This document shows positions 8,558 through 17,756 of a stretch of DNA of 64,000 bases, in pieces. This DNA is from a bacterium (GTDB lineage Bacteria; Patescibacteriota; Minisyncoccia; Minisyncoccales; CG1-02-41-26). The notes beneath the pieces are model-generated. The model was not told where the DNA came from. It made no database searches and was given only the letters and a program-made list of their open reading frames with translations. Position 1 is the stretch's first letter. The number at the start of each line of letters is the position of its first letter. The stretch covers positions 30,645 to 94,644 of the forward strand of contig JAUVXX010000003.1 in assembly GCA_030603395.1 (NCBI GenBank). Direction: 5' to 3'. The translations under genes were made by a program, and so were the position numbers.

Positions 8558-9596
8558 GGTAATAGTGGCGATGTCGGGAGGTCTTGATTCTTCGGTAGCG
8601 GCAGCCCTTCTTAAGAGGGCTGGCTTTGATTTGAAAGGAGTTTTTATGAAACTTTATCCTTCTCCCGGGGGTTTTGAAAAGAGAGCCCGCAAAGTTGCTG
8701 GTATTTTAAACATTCCTTTTTATGTTTTAAATTTTGAGAAGGAATTCAAAAAGAGAGTGGTTGACTATTTTCTGAGAGAATACAAAAGAGGCAGAACTCC
8801 CAATCCTTGTGTTGTTTGCAACAAACAAATTAAGTTCGGACTTTTGTTGGAAAAAGCTCTGGGATTAAAGAGAGATTTTGTGGCTACGGGACACTACGCC
8901 CGGTTGCGCCGGGAATTTTCAAAATATAAGTTGTTGAGGGGAAAAGATAAAACTAAGGACCAGTCATATTTTTTGTGGCAGTTGAATCAGAAGCAATTGA
9001 AACATATTTTGTTTCCAATCGGGGATTATACTAAAAAGCAAGCCAGAACCTTGGCAAAGAAGTTTAAGTTACCTGTTTTAGATGTACCAGAATCCCAGGA
9101 AATTTGTTTTATCAGAACGACCGTCAATGATTTTCTTTCACGTTATCTCAAACCAAAACCAGGTAAGATTATTGATAGTCAAGGAGAAATAATAGGGGAG
9201 CACCAAGGCCTGTTTTTTTATACCATTGGTCAAAGAAAGGGCATAGAACTTCCGGGAGGGCCTTTTTATGTGGTCAAAAAAGATTTTAAAAGAAACGCTT
9301 TAATGGTTACTCCTTTTTCTAATGATAAAGTTCTTTTCAGTAAAAGTTTAATGGCGGAAAATGTTAATTGGTTCTCTGGCAAACAACCAAAACTTCCCTT
9401 AAGGGTAAAAGCTCAAATTAGATATGGTCATGGGGCGGTTGCAGCAACCATAACTAAAAAGCTGAAGGGTGGACGCCACCCACCCTCCACCCAGATAGAG
9501 TTAGTATTCGGGAGACCTCAAAGAGCTGTCACCCCCGGCCAGTCAATAGTTTTTTACCAGGACCAAGAGGTTTTGGGCGGGGGAATAATCTGTTAA
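8535..9596 (+). CDS. mnmA: tRNA 2-thiouridine(34) synthase MnmA
   Basis: VAMSGGLDSSVAA PP-loop, NPCVVCN, and ATGHYAR motifs. Confidence 0.9.
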   Translation: MREKRKSKVIVAMSGGLDSSVAAALLKRAGFDLKGVFMKLYPSPGGFEKRARKVAGILNIPFYVLNFEKEFKKRVVDYFLREYKRGRTPNPCVVCNKQIKFGLLLEKALGLKRDFVATGHYARLRREFSKYKLLRGKDKTKDQSYFLWQLNQKQLKHILFPIGDYTKKQARTLAKKFKLPVLDVPESQEICFIRTTVNDFLSRYLKPKPGKIIDSQGEIIGEHQGLFFYTIGQRKGIELPGGPFYVVKKDFKRNALMVTPFSNDKVLFSKSLMAENVNWFSGKQPKLPLRVKAQIRYGHGAVAATITKKLKGGRHPPSTQIELVFGRPQRAVTPGQSIVFYQDQEVLGGGIIC

Positions 9597-9611
9597 ATTT
9601 ATCGGATTATC

Positions 9612-10220
9612 ATGATACTTATTTTAACTGACGAAAATTTTGAGAAAGAAATTAAAAAAGCTGATAAACCGGTTTTGGTTGATTTTTGGTCAACCTGGTG
9701 TGAACCTTGCGCTATATTGTCGCCGATTTTGGAAAGGTTAGCCGAGGAATACAAGGATAAAATTACTTTTGCTAAAGTGAATTTAGACGCTGCCTCAATA
9801 ACTGCTCAGAAATTTGGAATTAACAGAATTCCAACCGTTGTTTTGTTCAAAGACGGGAAACCGGTTAGTGGTTTTGTCGGAGTGAGACCGGAGCCCGTCA
9901 TAAGAGAATGGTTGGGAAAAATGCTGGGAGAGTTGGTAAGAGGTGGAGGAAAAGAAGAAATTAAAGAGATAATCAAAGAATACGAAGAACATGGAAGAAA
10001 GAATAAGTGGAGATTAAATCCAAACAAGGAAGTGGTAGAGAGATTAATCAGAGGAATGTTGGAAAGAGAGAAGCGATTTGGAAAAAGATACTGTGTTTGC
10101 AGAAGAATTACCGGAAACCCAGAAGAAGATGAAAAAATTGTTTGTCCCTGTGTTTATGCCCCAAAAGAAATTCAAGAGCAAGGTCGGTGCTATTGTGGTT
10201 TATTTTTAGAATTATATTAA
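9612..10220 (+). CDS. Thioredoxin fused to a ferredoxin:thioredoxin-reductase catalytic-subunit-like domain
   Basis: The N-terminal Trx fold has VLVDFWSTWCEPC. The C-terminal YCVCRR...VCPCVY...GRCYCGLF matches the six-Cys FTR-beta pattern (CPC...CPC...CHC). Confidence 0.7.
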   Translation: MILILTDENFEKEIKKADKPVLVDFWSTWCEPCAILSPILERLAEEYKDKITFAKVNLDAASITAQKFGINRIPTVVLFKDGKPVSGFVGVRPEPVIREWLGKMLGELVRGGGKEEIKEIIKEYEEHGRKNKWRLNPNKEVVERLIRGMLEREKRFGKRYCVCRRITGNPEEDEKIVCPCVYAPKEIQEQGRCYCGLFLELY

Positions 10221-10233
10221 GATAGAAAGAGAA

Positions 10234-11379
10234 ATGAGGAAGATTTTCTGGATATTATTAATAGTTATTTTTTTAAGCTTTTTAATAAAAGCTGATTTTA
10301 GTTTAGCTCAACAAAATAAGGTTGAGATTAATTTCTTTTACAGTGTCATTTGTCCTCATTGTGCCCAAGAGAAAGAGTTTTTGGAAGAACTAAAAACAGA
10401 ATATCCGGAGATTGAAATAAATCAGTACGAAGTTACTCAATATCCAGAGAATCAGGAACTTTTAAAAAAGTTTTACAGAGAGCATAAAGTATTAGAAAAA
10501 GATAAGGGATGGATTCCAATAACTTTCACCCCGGAAAAATATTTCATTGGCTTTAATGAACAAGTTGCCAGAAATATTGAAAGTTGCTTGAGAGAATGTT
10601 TGTTGGAGGAAGATGAAGAAGCCCCTCATATAATTAAAATCCCTGTTTTCGGTGAAATTGATCTTTCCAAATTATCTTTGCCTGCTTTAACCATAATTTT
10701 GGGAGCTTTGGATGGGTTGAATCCTTGTGCCATGTGGGTTCTCTTTTTCTTGATTGCTCTTTTATTGAACACTCGTTCTCGAAAAAGAATGTGGTTGATT
10801 GGAGGAATTTTTATTCTATCTTCTGGAATTATTTACTTTTTAATTTTAAGTGCTTGGTTAAATCTGTTTTTAGCAATAGGTTATGTTAACTTAACCAGAA
10901 TTTTGATCGGAGGTTTTGCTTTGGGGATGGGAATTTGGCAGATTAGAAATTTTCTTAGCTATCATCCAGGAGTTTGTAAGGTGTTAGGGATGAAATCAAA
11001 ACTTCACCTAAAGATGAAAAACCGAGCTGAGAAAATTGTTAATTCTCCCTTTACTTGGGGGATGATAGTAGGTTTGATTGGTTTGGCTCTGGCTGTAAAT
11101 TTGGTTGAGTTTTTCTGTTCGGCCGGCTTACCGGCTATTTATACCCGGATTTTAGCTCTTAATCCTTTAACTAGTTTGAGTCATTACAGTTATCTTATTC
11201 TTTATTCGTTTGTTTTTATGCTGGACGATTTAATTATCTTTTCGGTGGCAGCTATTACTTTAAGTAAGATTGCCCTGACTGAAAAATATAATTACTGGGC
11301 CACTTTAATTGGAGGATTATTGATACTTATTTTAGGAATATTACTTATCTTTAAACCGGAGCTTTTAATGTTCGGCTAA
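10234..11379 (+). CDS. Membrane thiol-disulfide protein: thioredoxin-fold N-domain plus a DsbD_2/CcdA-like polytopic domain
   Basis: Signal/TM segment, then a CPHC motif. LDGLNPCAMWVL is a DsbD/CcdA-type Cys motif, with at least 6 TM segments and a second Cys motif (FFCSAGLP). Confidence 0.6.
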   Translation: MRKIFWILLIVIFLSFLIKADFSLAQQNKVEINFFYSVICPHCAQEKEFLEELKTEYPEIEINQYEVTQYPENQELLKKFYREHKVLEKDKGWIPITFTPEKYFIGFNEQVARNIESCLRECLLEEDEEAPHIIKIPVFGEIDLSKLSLPALTIILGALDGLNPCAMWVLFFLIALLLNTRSRKRMWLIGGIFILSSGIIYFLILSAWLNLFLAIGYVNLTRILIGGFALGMGIWQIRNFLSYHPGVCKVLGMKSKLHLKMKNRAEKIVNSPFTWGMIVGLIGLALAVNLVEFFCSAGLPAIYTRILALNPLTSLSHYSYLILYSFVFMLDDLIIFSVAAITLSKIALTEKYNYWATLIGGLLILILGILLIFKPELLMFG

Positions 11380-11383
11380 AACT

Positions 11384-12574
11384 ATGAAATATGAATATGT
11401 TATCTGCCATTATGCAGAAATTGGATTGAAGGGGAAGAATAGGAAGTTTTTTGAAGAAAAGTTGGTGGAGAATATTAAAAAAGCTTTGCCTGGAAATTCT
11501 TTTCAAAGAGTTAGAAGGATTTCCGGGAGAATTTTAATTGAATTAATAGAAGAGAAGGTAAATGAAACTCAGATTAAAAACTCTTTAAAAGATGTTTTTG
11601 GAATAGCCCATTTTTCCTTTGCTGTAGGCTGTGAGCAGAAGATTGAATCAATAAAGGAAAAAGCAGCTGAAATTCTTAAAGATAAAAAATTTAAAAGTTT
11701 CCGCATTGAAACTCAACGAGGGAAAAAAGATTTTCCTTTGGATTCCCAGCAAATCAATGAGAGGGTTGGCGAGTATGTATTAAGAAAACTTAAAACCCGG
11801 AACCCAAAACTTAAAGTGAATTTGAAAAAACCTAAGATAACTTGTTTTATTGAGATAGTTGAAAAATACGCTTTTTTGTATCTAAGAAAAATTCCGGGTC
11901 CCGGAGGCCTGCCGGTTAGCGTAAGCGGGAAGGCAATTTCTTTATTGTCGGGAGGAATTGATTCGCCGGTGGCAAGTTTTTATGGACAGAGGCGAGGAAT
12001 TGAAATAATCTTTTTACATTTTACCAGTTTCCCTTTTACTAAACAAAGTTCGGTGGAAAAAGTTAAAAAGATTGTTGAGATTTTAAATAGGTTTCAGTTT
12101 CAAGCAAAACTCTATTTAGTTCCTTTTACGGAAATTCAAAAAGAAATTTTATTAAAAACGAAAGCCAAATTAAGAGTTATTTTGTACCGGAGGTTTATGT
12201 TCAGAATTGCCGAAGTTTTAGCTGAAAAAGTCAGAGCCAGGGCTCTCATTACCGGGGAGAGCGTGGGACAGGTTGCTTCTCAGACCCTAGAGAATATCGG
12301 AGCAATTGAAGAGGCAGTAAAATTGCCGGTTTTAAGGCCATTGATTGGACTTGATAAAAAAGATATAATAAATGAAGCAGGAGAGATTGGCACTTTTGAT
12401 GTTTCTATTTTGCCAGGGGAGGATTGCTGTTCTCGCTTTTTGCCCAAACACCCAGAGACCAGGGCAAATTTAGCAGAGGTTAAAAGAGAAGAGAATAAAC
12501 TCAATATTGGAAAACTTATTGAAGAAGCCATAAAAAAGACAAAGGTCGTGAGAATCATAAATCATAAATCATAA
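11384..12574 (+). CDS. thiI: tRNA 4-thiouridine synthase ThiI
   Basis: N-terminal EIGLKGKNRKFFE (ferredoxin-like/THUMP region) and the LLSGGIDSPVA PP-loop. Confidence 0.9.
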   Translation: MKYEYVICHYAEIGLKGKNRKFFEEKLVENIKKALPGNSFQRVRRISGRILIELIEEKVNETQIKNSLKDVFGIAHFSFAVGCEQKIESIKEKAAEILKDKKFKSFRIETQRGKKDFPLDSQQINERVGEYVLRKLKTRNPKLKVNLKKPKITCFIEIVEKYAFLYLRKIPGPGGLPVSVSGKAISLLSGGIDSPVASFYGQRRGIEIIFLHFTSFPFTKQSSVEKVKKIVEILNRFQFQAKLYLVPFTEIQKEILLKTKAKLRVILYRRFMFRIAEVLAEKVRARALITGESVGQVASQTLENIGAIEEAVKLPVLRPLIGLDKKDIINEAGEIGTFDVSILPGEDCCSRFLPKHPETRANLAEVKREENKLNIGKLIEEAIKKTKVVRIINHKS

Positions 12575-12590
12575 ATCGTGAATCATCGAT

Positions 12591-13355
12591 ATGTTTGAAG
12601 ACCTAAAGGGGAAAGTCGCTATTATCACCGGAGCTCGCAGGGGTATGGGCAGAACCCATGCCTTGAAGTTGGCTCAAGAGGGAGTGAAAGTGGTGGTTTC
12701 TGATGTTTCTCAAGAAGATTGCCAGAAAGTGGTTGACGAAATTGAAAAAGAGGGTGGAGAGGGATTAGCTTTGAAATGTGATGTTGCCAAAAAAGAAGAG
12801 GTTGATAAAATGTTTGTCCGGGTCGTCAAGAAATTCGGTAAAGTTGATATCTTAGTCAATAATGCTGGAATTGCTCAATTTAAACCTTTTTTGGAATTAA
12901 CCGAAGAAGAATGGGACAGAACTTTAGACATAAATCTTAAGGGATACTTTTTGTGCGCCCAAGCCGCCGCCAAAGAGATGGCTAAACAAAAATCGGGAGT
13001 GATAGTTAACATTGCTTCGGTGGCCATGGGTCAGCAGGGTGTTGGATTTCCTAATTTAGCCCATTATTGTGCTTCCAAGGGAGGGATTACAGCGATGACT
13101 GAGGTCTTGGCTTTGGAATTAGCTCCTCTTGGCATAAGGGTTAACGTTGTTGCTCCGGGAATGATTGAAACTCCAATGATTGACCCAATCAAGCAAGACT
13201 CCAAGGCGATGGAGGGATTAATGGCTCGGGTTCCCCTCAAAAGAGTCGGCAAACCGGAAGAGGTTTCCAGTCTGGTTTTATTTTTAGCTTCTGATGCTTC
13301 ATCTTACATGACAGGCTCAGCTGTAGTAATTGACGGCGGTTGGCTGGCCGGATAA
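12591..13355 (+). CDS. SDR-family oxidoreductase (FabG-like)
   Basis: TGARRGMG Rossmann motif, NNAG, and the YCASKGG catalytic Y-x3-K. Confidence 0.85.
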   Translation: MFEDLKGKVAIITGARRGMGRTHALKLAQEGVKVVVSDVSQEDCQKVVDEIEKEGGEGLALKCDVAKKEEVDKMFVRVVKKFGKVDILVNNAGIAQFKPFLELTEEEWDRTLDINLKGYFLCAQAAAKEMAKQKSGVIVNIASVAMGQQGVGFPNLAHYCASKGGITAMTEVLALELAPLGIRVNVVAPGMIETPMIDPIKQDSKAMEGLMARVPLKRVGKPEEVSSLVLFLASDASSYMTGSAVVIDGGWLAG

Positions 13356-13359
13356 TGGG

Positions 13360-13563
13360 ATGCCCAAAAAATTTACCAAAAATTCAAATTTAGCTGAAAT
13401 TTTAAAATCCAAGGACAGAGAGAAAATTTTAGCAAAATATAATTTGCCATGCTTGACTTGTCCGATGGCGAAATTTGAAATTCAAAATTTAAAGATCGGT
13501 CAAGTTTGTAAAATGTACGGAATTGATACTGAGAAATTGCTCAGGGAACTAAACAGAAAATAA
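13360..13563 (+). CDS. DUF1858-type redox-disulfide small protein (hybrid-cluster-protein-associated family)
   Basis: NLPCLTCPMAKFE...YGIDTEKLLRELN matches the CxxC plus C-terminal helix pattern of that family. Start taken at the internal ATG. Confidence 0.55.
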   Translation: MPKKFTKNSNLAEILKSKDREKILAKYNLPCLTCPMAKFEIQNLKIGQVCKMYGIDTEKLLRELNRK

Positions 13564-13584
13564 CTTCATAATCAAAAAGAGAAC

Positions 13585-13686
13585 ATGAAAAAACAAATTC
13601 CTCCTCTATGGGGGATACTTATTGTCGTTGTCTTTTCCTCTTTGATTATTCTTTACCTGGTGGGCTTGATGGCTTCTTTCTCATAA
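13585..13686 (+). CDS. Possible 33-aa membrane peptide
   Basis: Own translation: MKKQIPPLWGILIVVVFSSLIILYLVGLMASFS. It is below the ORF-track size cutoff and has no further support. Confidence 0.25.
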   Translation: MKKQIPPLWGILIVVVFSSLIILYLVGLMASFS

Positions 13687-13826
13687 GGAACATTGACAAA
13701 TTTTTTAGATATGGTAAGGTTAGTTTAATAAGATAAAAAATATTCTTTGATAATTTTAAAAGGAATGAAATGAGATAATTCAGGACGAGAAAAAAATAAG
13801 ATTAATTAGAAAAGGAGGTATAGGAG

Positions 13827-14603
13827 ATGAAGAAAAGATTGATAGTAGTAATGTTGATGGCGGGCTTATTTTTGGCAGCAAGTCCAGCATTATGGGGAGC
13901 AGGAAAATGGTACACAGAGATAGGGATTGGAGGGCATAATCTTTCTTTGGCCGGACCAAATGGGTTAATCAAAAGTTTCAATGACTGGCTCGGAGATACC
14001 TGCGGGATAACTGGGTTTGAAGCAGAAGAGATACCAGAAAGTACTACCCTTTACTCTCTTAGTACGGGAGTAGAATTCCCGAATGGGCTGAAAGTGGGAG
14101 TCAACCTTGGCTATCGAGCAGGAAAAGAAAGCTACAGAGAGAAATTAATGACCGTTGGTGTTGAAGGAACTGAGAAACTGGTCAGAGTTAAGACATATTC
14201 CTTTAACGGAGGGGTATCTGGAGACTTGTCGCTTTATTACAGGTTTGTTTCTTCTAAGTCAGGGCTGGTTCCCTATATTGGAACTGGACTGGGATGGTAT
14301 GCGACGGTGCTCTTTGGCGAATACTTAGTTGAAGAGTACACTCCGGCATTGAATAGATCTTTCTCTGGAAGCTTCTCAGCATCAGGTCTCGCTTTGGGAC
14401 ATGTGATAATGATAGGAATTGAGTCCTCGGGGGAGAAAAGCAGAGTTAGATTGGAGGCGAAGTATCATCAAGTTGGGTCAGTTGAAGGTAAATTCGGACA
14501 TCTAGAGAACAACGGATTCGCTACCTCACCCTTTAAACCAGGTCCGTTTAACGTCAACACAAGTGGGTGGACGATAGGTGGCGGGATAATCTTTAATCTC
14601 TAG
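13827..14603 (+). CDS. Secreted protein with outer-membrane beta-barrel-like sequence pattern
   Basis: Strong SD (aaggaggt) and a signal peptide. Repeated amphipathic beta-strand patterns occur (LKVGVNLGYRAG, DLSLYYRF, YIGTGLGWYA, VRLEAKYHQV), and the protein ends GGGIIFNL. Confidence 0.5.
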   Translation: MKKRLIVVMLMAGLFLAASPALWGAGKWYTEIGIGGHNLSLAGPNGLIKSFNDWLGDTCGITGFEAEEIPESTTLYSLSTGVEFPNGLKVGVNLGYRAGKESYREKLMTVGVEGTEKLVRVKTYSFNGGVSGDLSLYYRFVSSKSGLVPYIGTGLGWYATVLFGEYLVEEYTPALNRSFSGSFSASGLALGHVIMIGIESSGEKSRVRLEAKYHQVGSVEGKFGHLENNGFATSPFKPGPFNVNTSGWTIGGGIIFNL

Positions 14604-14623
14604 AAGGCGAAGATTTGCAAGTT

Positions 14624-14672
14624 TTAAATGCCCATTGGTGCAGTACGAATACTGCGCCAATGGGTCTTTTTT
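14624..14672 (+). terminator. Rho-independent terminator
   Basis: Stem cccattggtgcag / ctgcgccaatggg (12/13) followed by a T-run. Confidence 0.6.
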
Positions 14673-14721
14673 ATTTGACATACATATTTGCTATAATATT
14701 ATAAGTGCTTTTAATAAACCT

Positions 14722-15381
14722 ATGAAAAAAAATATCTCATCCATTATAGGCATAGTCATAATCTTGGCAATTTCAATCCCGATTATTCTTTATCTTATTG
14801 GATTGATACCTCCTTTTTGGGCGGGTGAAGCTCCGGTTGTGCCCGAACTTTCAGAAGAAGAGAAATGCCAACTAATTGAAAATCAAGAAGAAAGAGACAT
14901 TTGTTATGTAAAATTAGCTATTAAAACAAACGACACCCTAATTTGTGATAAAATCAATAATACTATAAATAAAGACCAATGCCATGCTGTTGTTGCTATG
15001 ACTCTGAATGATTCCTTGCTCTGCGAAAAAATTTCAGAAAAAGAGATATTAGATATATGTAATGCTGTTACTTTGAGAGATGTTAGTTTATGCGACAAGA
15101 TTGTAGACAATGCGTTGAAGAGCACCTGTTATATGGGCTTAGCTTTTTTTTCTGAAGATCCTTCGGTCTGTAGTAAATTTTCTGAAGATAATCCTTCAAT
15201 CATCTGTAATGCTCTTGCTTCAAAAAACCCTCTATTATGTGAGGATTTAGAAGAAAAAGATGGGTGTTATTTAACCATTGCCCCGATGCTAAAAGATATT
15301 TCCGTATGCGACAATATTACCGATGAAGGACATAAAGAACAGTGCCGTTTATTAGTTAAAGAATGGCAAAATGGAAAATAA
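14722..15381 (+). CDS. Membrane-anchored protein made of Cys-x(n)-Cys tandem repeats
   Basis: N-terminal TM segment, then about 8 repeats of roughly 25-30 aa of the form D/N-x-x-x-C-x(7-12)-C (ICDKINNT..C, LCEKISEK..C, LCDKIVDN..C, VCSKFSED..C, LCEDLEEK..C, VCDNITDE..C). Confidence 0.55.
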   Translation: MKKNISSIIGIVIILAISIPIILYLIGLIPPFWAGEAPVVPELSEEEKCQLIENQEERDICYVKLAIKTNDTLICDKINNTINKDQCHAVVAMTLNDSLLCEKISEKEILDICNAVTLRDVSLCDKIVDNALKSTCYMGLAFFSEDPSVCSKFSEDNPSIICNALASKNPLLCEDLEEKDGCYLTIAPMLKDISVCDNITDEGHKEQCRLLVKEWQNGK

Positions 15382-17401
15382 GAAATTAATTCTCATAATC
15401 GTAATATTCACAGCAATTTTTCTTGCGAGTTTTTTATTTGAGGCAAGACCTGTAAATGCAGGAGGTGTTTGTCTGGATTCTCCAAGCGGATGGTGTTGTT
15501 CAATTTCAGGGTCTCTTGGGAGATGGTATGCTTGCACTGATAATTGGTGCAACCCGCCTGGTTGCACGTATTCTTGTTCTGGGAATGATCGTATAGGTCA
15601 TTGTTACGCTCAAGCCTGGTGGTTTTTTTGTTGGGACTTCAATTGTTCCAGAACGGTTGATCACTGTGGTTCTGATGGCTGGACAGGTGAATACAGATGT
15701 TCAGGTGATTGGAGGCAAAGAAAATATGTGAGTAGAGGCTGTTCAGGAAACAATTGTTACGAAACACCTGACTGGAGAAATGAGCATTATTGTCCTGATG
15801 GCTGGTACGGAGTTCCGGCCGAAGGCCCGATTGGGGAATATGTCTGTGAAGGGGGCTGGTTAAAAGAGAAGTACGTAGATTGGTGGTGTCAGGGAGCGGG
15901 CGAATGCAAATGGAGCTCATATTTTCAAAACAAAGAATACTGTGATGACGATTATTGCGACTCCTGGCAGTATTATTGTAAAAACAGCAGCACCAGATGC
16001 AGAAAAAAAACCTGTCACGATGAAAAATGCTCAACCAGCGGCTATTGCTATTGGAATGATTACACCGACGGCCCCTATTGCGACAGCTGCGGCACCGACA
16101 CCTCCTGCTCATATACCTCCTGTTCAGACGACAATACCCGACAAGGAACCTGGAAAGATTATTATTGCTCGGGAACCTCTTGTGGCGTCTCCACTAAAAC
16201 CTGCTACAGCGACTGTTCTTATCCCCAATGTTGTTTAAATGGCAGTTGTAAATCAGCCGGAACCTGCAACGGAAGTAAAATATGCTCCGGGAGCAGCTGG
16301 ATAAACCATTGCGGAGACGGTGCCTGCAACTGTGGCGAAACAGTGTCTACCTGTCCCAGTGATTGCGATACTTCTCCTCCGACCATTACCTTCAATCCCA
16401 CCTCCCGTTCCTGGTCCAACACCAGCGCCAACGTTATTGTTACCGCTTCTGACCCTTCGGGAATCTCTGTCACCTACTACTGCTGGACCACTGGCAGCAG
16501 TTGTTCACCAAGCGCTTCCTTTAGCAACGGAGCCACCCTGACGCAATCCTCTAATGGCAGCTGGAATCTCTGCATCAAAGCCAGAGATAATGCTAACAAT
16601 GAAACCACTAACTGCTCCGGGCGATACCAGATAGATAAAACTATCCCCACTGTCACCTCCTTTAAGGTTGACGGACATACCTCTGACTTCACTGTCATTA
16701 ATGACACCAGTTTCACCATCAGTTGGGCAATCTCTGACAGCGGCGGTTCCAACCTTTCCCGGGTGGAAGTCTGGCGTAAGACAGATGGTGGGAGTTGGAC
16801 AAAAGTCCATACAGAAGACGCTGCTGGCAGTTCCAGCTCCGGTTCTTGGGCTAACTCAGTTTCTTGCGGACACACTTATCAATATGGTCTCCATGTGCTT
16901 GATGTGGCTGGCAACATGGGTCTGGAGCCCTCAACTATTACTGGTACCAATGATTGTTGCACTCCCATCCCCCACGCTGATTATAAATGTTACAACAATG
17001 ATGTTTATTGGTATGATTCCTGCGGCAACCTGGAGGAGCTCAAGCAGGACTGCCAGGTAAGTTGTTTTTCAATCCGTAATCCTCCGTCAAATTTGAGCTG
17101 TGAAAAGAAAACTTATATCTGTCCATCCGGGGAAAAGGCGTGTGGTTATCCATTACAAACATGCGGCTATGAGGCCTCCGGACTTATTTGTGAGTGTAAT
17201 GAGGACGAGGGAACAAAAACAAAAATTTGTGATGGAGCAGGAGGTTGTAATGTTATATCACCAGTGTGTGATACGATTTGTGGCGCTGGCGCTGAATGTC
17301 AAGGTCTTGAGTCAGGAGATGCTTACCCTGGAGACCCTTTCAGGAAATGCTGTAAAGGGCAAGCAGGTTTGCCCAAATGGAGAGAGGTAGTGCCCTATTA
17401 A
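15371..17401 (+). CDS. Large secreted hyper-cysteine protein with central Ig/Fn3-like region
   Basis: 676 aa with a signal peptide. The N-terminal ~300 aa is very Cys-rich (not counted) and has internal repeats (DGWTGEYRCSGDW..KYV / GEYVCEGGW..KYV). A CGDGACNCGETVSTCPSDC motif is present. The middle region is beta-rich (TIPTVTSFKVDG...), and the C-terminus is again Cys-rich. Confidence 0.6.
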   Translation: MENKKLILIIVIFTAIFLASFLFEARPVNAGGVCLDSPSGWCCSISGSLGRWYACTDNWCNPPGCTYSCSGNDRIGHCYAQAWWFFCWDFNCSRTVDHCGSDGWTGEYRCSGDWRQRKYVSRGCSGNNCYETPDWRNEHYCPDGWYGVPAEGPIGEYVCEGGWLKEKYVDWWCQGAGECKWSSYFQNKEYCDDDYCDSWQYYCKNSSTRCRKKTCHDEKCSTSGYCYWNDYTDGPYCDSCGTDTSCSYTSCSDDNTRQGTWKDYYCSGTSCGVSTKTCYSDCSYPQCCLNGSCKSAGTCNGSKICSGSSWINHCGDGACNCGETVSTCPSDCDTSPPTITFNPTSRSWSNTSANVIVTASDPSGISVTYYCWTTGSSCSPSASFSNGATLTQSSNGSWNLCIKARDNANNETTNCSGRYQIDKTIPTVTSFKVDGHTSDFTVINDTSFTISWAISDSGGSNLSRVEVWRKTDGGSWTKVHTEDAAGSSSSGSWANSVSCGHTYQYGLHVLDVAGNMGLEPSTITGTNDCCTPIPHADYKCYNNDVYWYDSCGNLEELKQDCQVSCFSIRNPPSNLSCEKKTYICPSGEKACGYPLQTCGYEASGLICECNEDEGTKTKICDGAGGCNVISPVCDTICGAGAECQGLESGDAYPGDPFRKCCKGQAGLPKWREVVPY

Positions 17402-17417
17402 TAAGTTTTGACCTCTA

Positions 17418-17597
17418 ATGATGATAAAGCAGGGGAAGTTTCTTTGGCTAATTCTCGCCCTTTTATTTCTAACCAATATCTTTGTCTGGCAGAAAACTTT
17501 TGACTTGACCAATCCCAAACTGGAGGTGGTCTTTTTTGATGTTGGCCAGGGAGATGCTATTTTCATTGAATGTCCCTTCTTACCGCATAGAATTTGA
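17418..17597 (+). pseudogene. Displaced 5' fragment of the ComEC-type MBL gene
   Basis: 17421-17570 matches 20564-20713 with 5 mismatches (145/150 by my own alignment). The reading frame continues only 8 codons (CPFLPHRI) into unrelated sequence before a TGA stop. Confidence 0.75.
17421..17570 (+). repeat. Left copy of the 150-bp direct repeat bounding the 3-kb island
   Basis: Aligned by eye to 20564-20713. Confidence 0.85.
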
Positions 17598-17756
17598 GGA
17601 GGTAATAAGGGTTAAGGATTAAAAATTCAATAAAAGCATAAATAAAAGAAACCAGCGATAGACCTTTGGTTGACTATTCCTCATGCAACAATATCGGAGG
17701 AGGTTAGCGTGTACTTTCCAATTTACTTTTTAATAGATGTATGATATAACTTAAAG

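Noticed and set aside
15639-17390. Many long ORFs on both strands overlapping the 676-aa Cys-rich gene, for example 15639-16112 (-), 16477-16875 (-) and 16668-17060 (+).
   Set aside because: They have low-complexity, Arg/Ser/Pro-rich translations with no start context. They are the expected by-product of a stop-codon-poor, G+C-richer coding region. Only the frame with the signal peptide and coherent repeats was kept.
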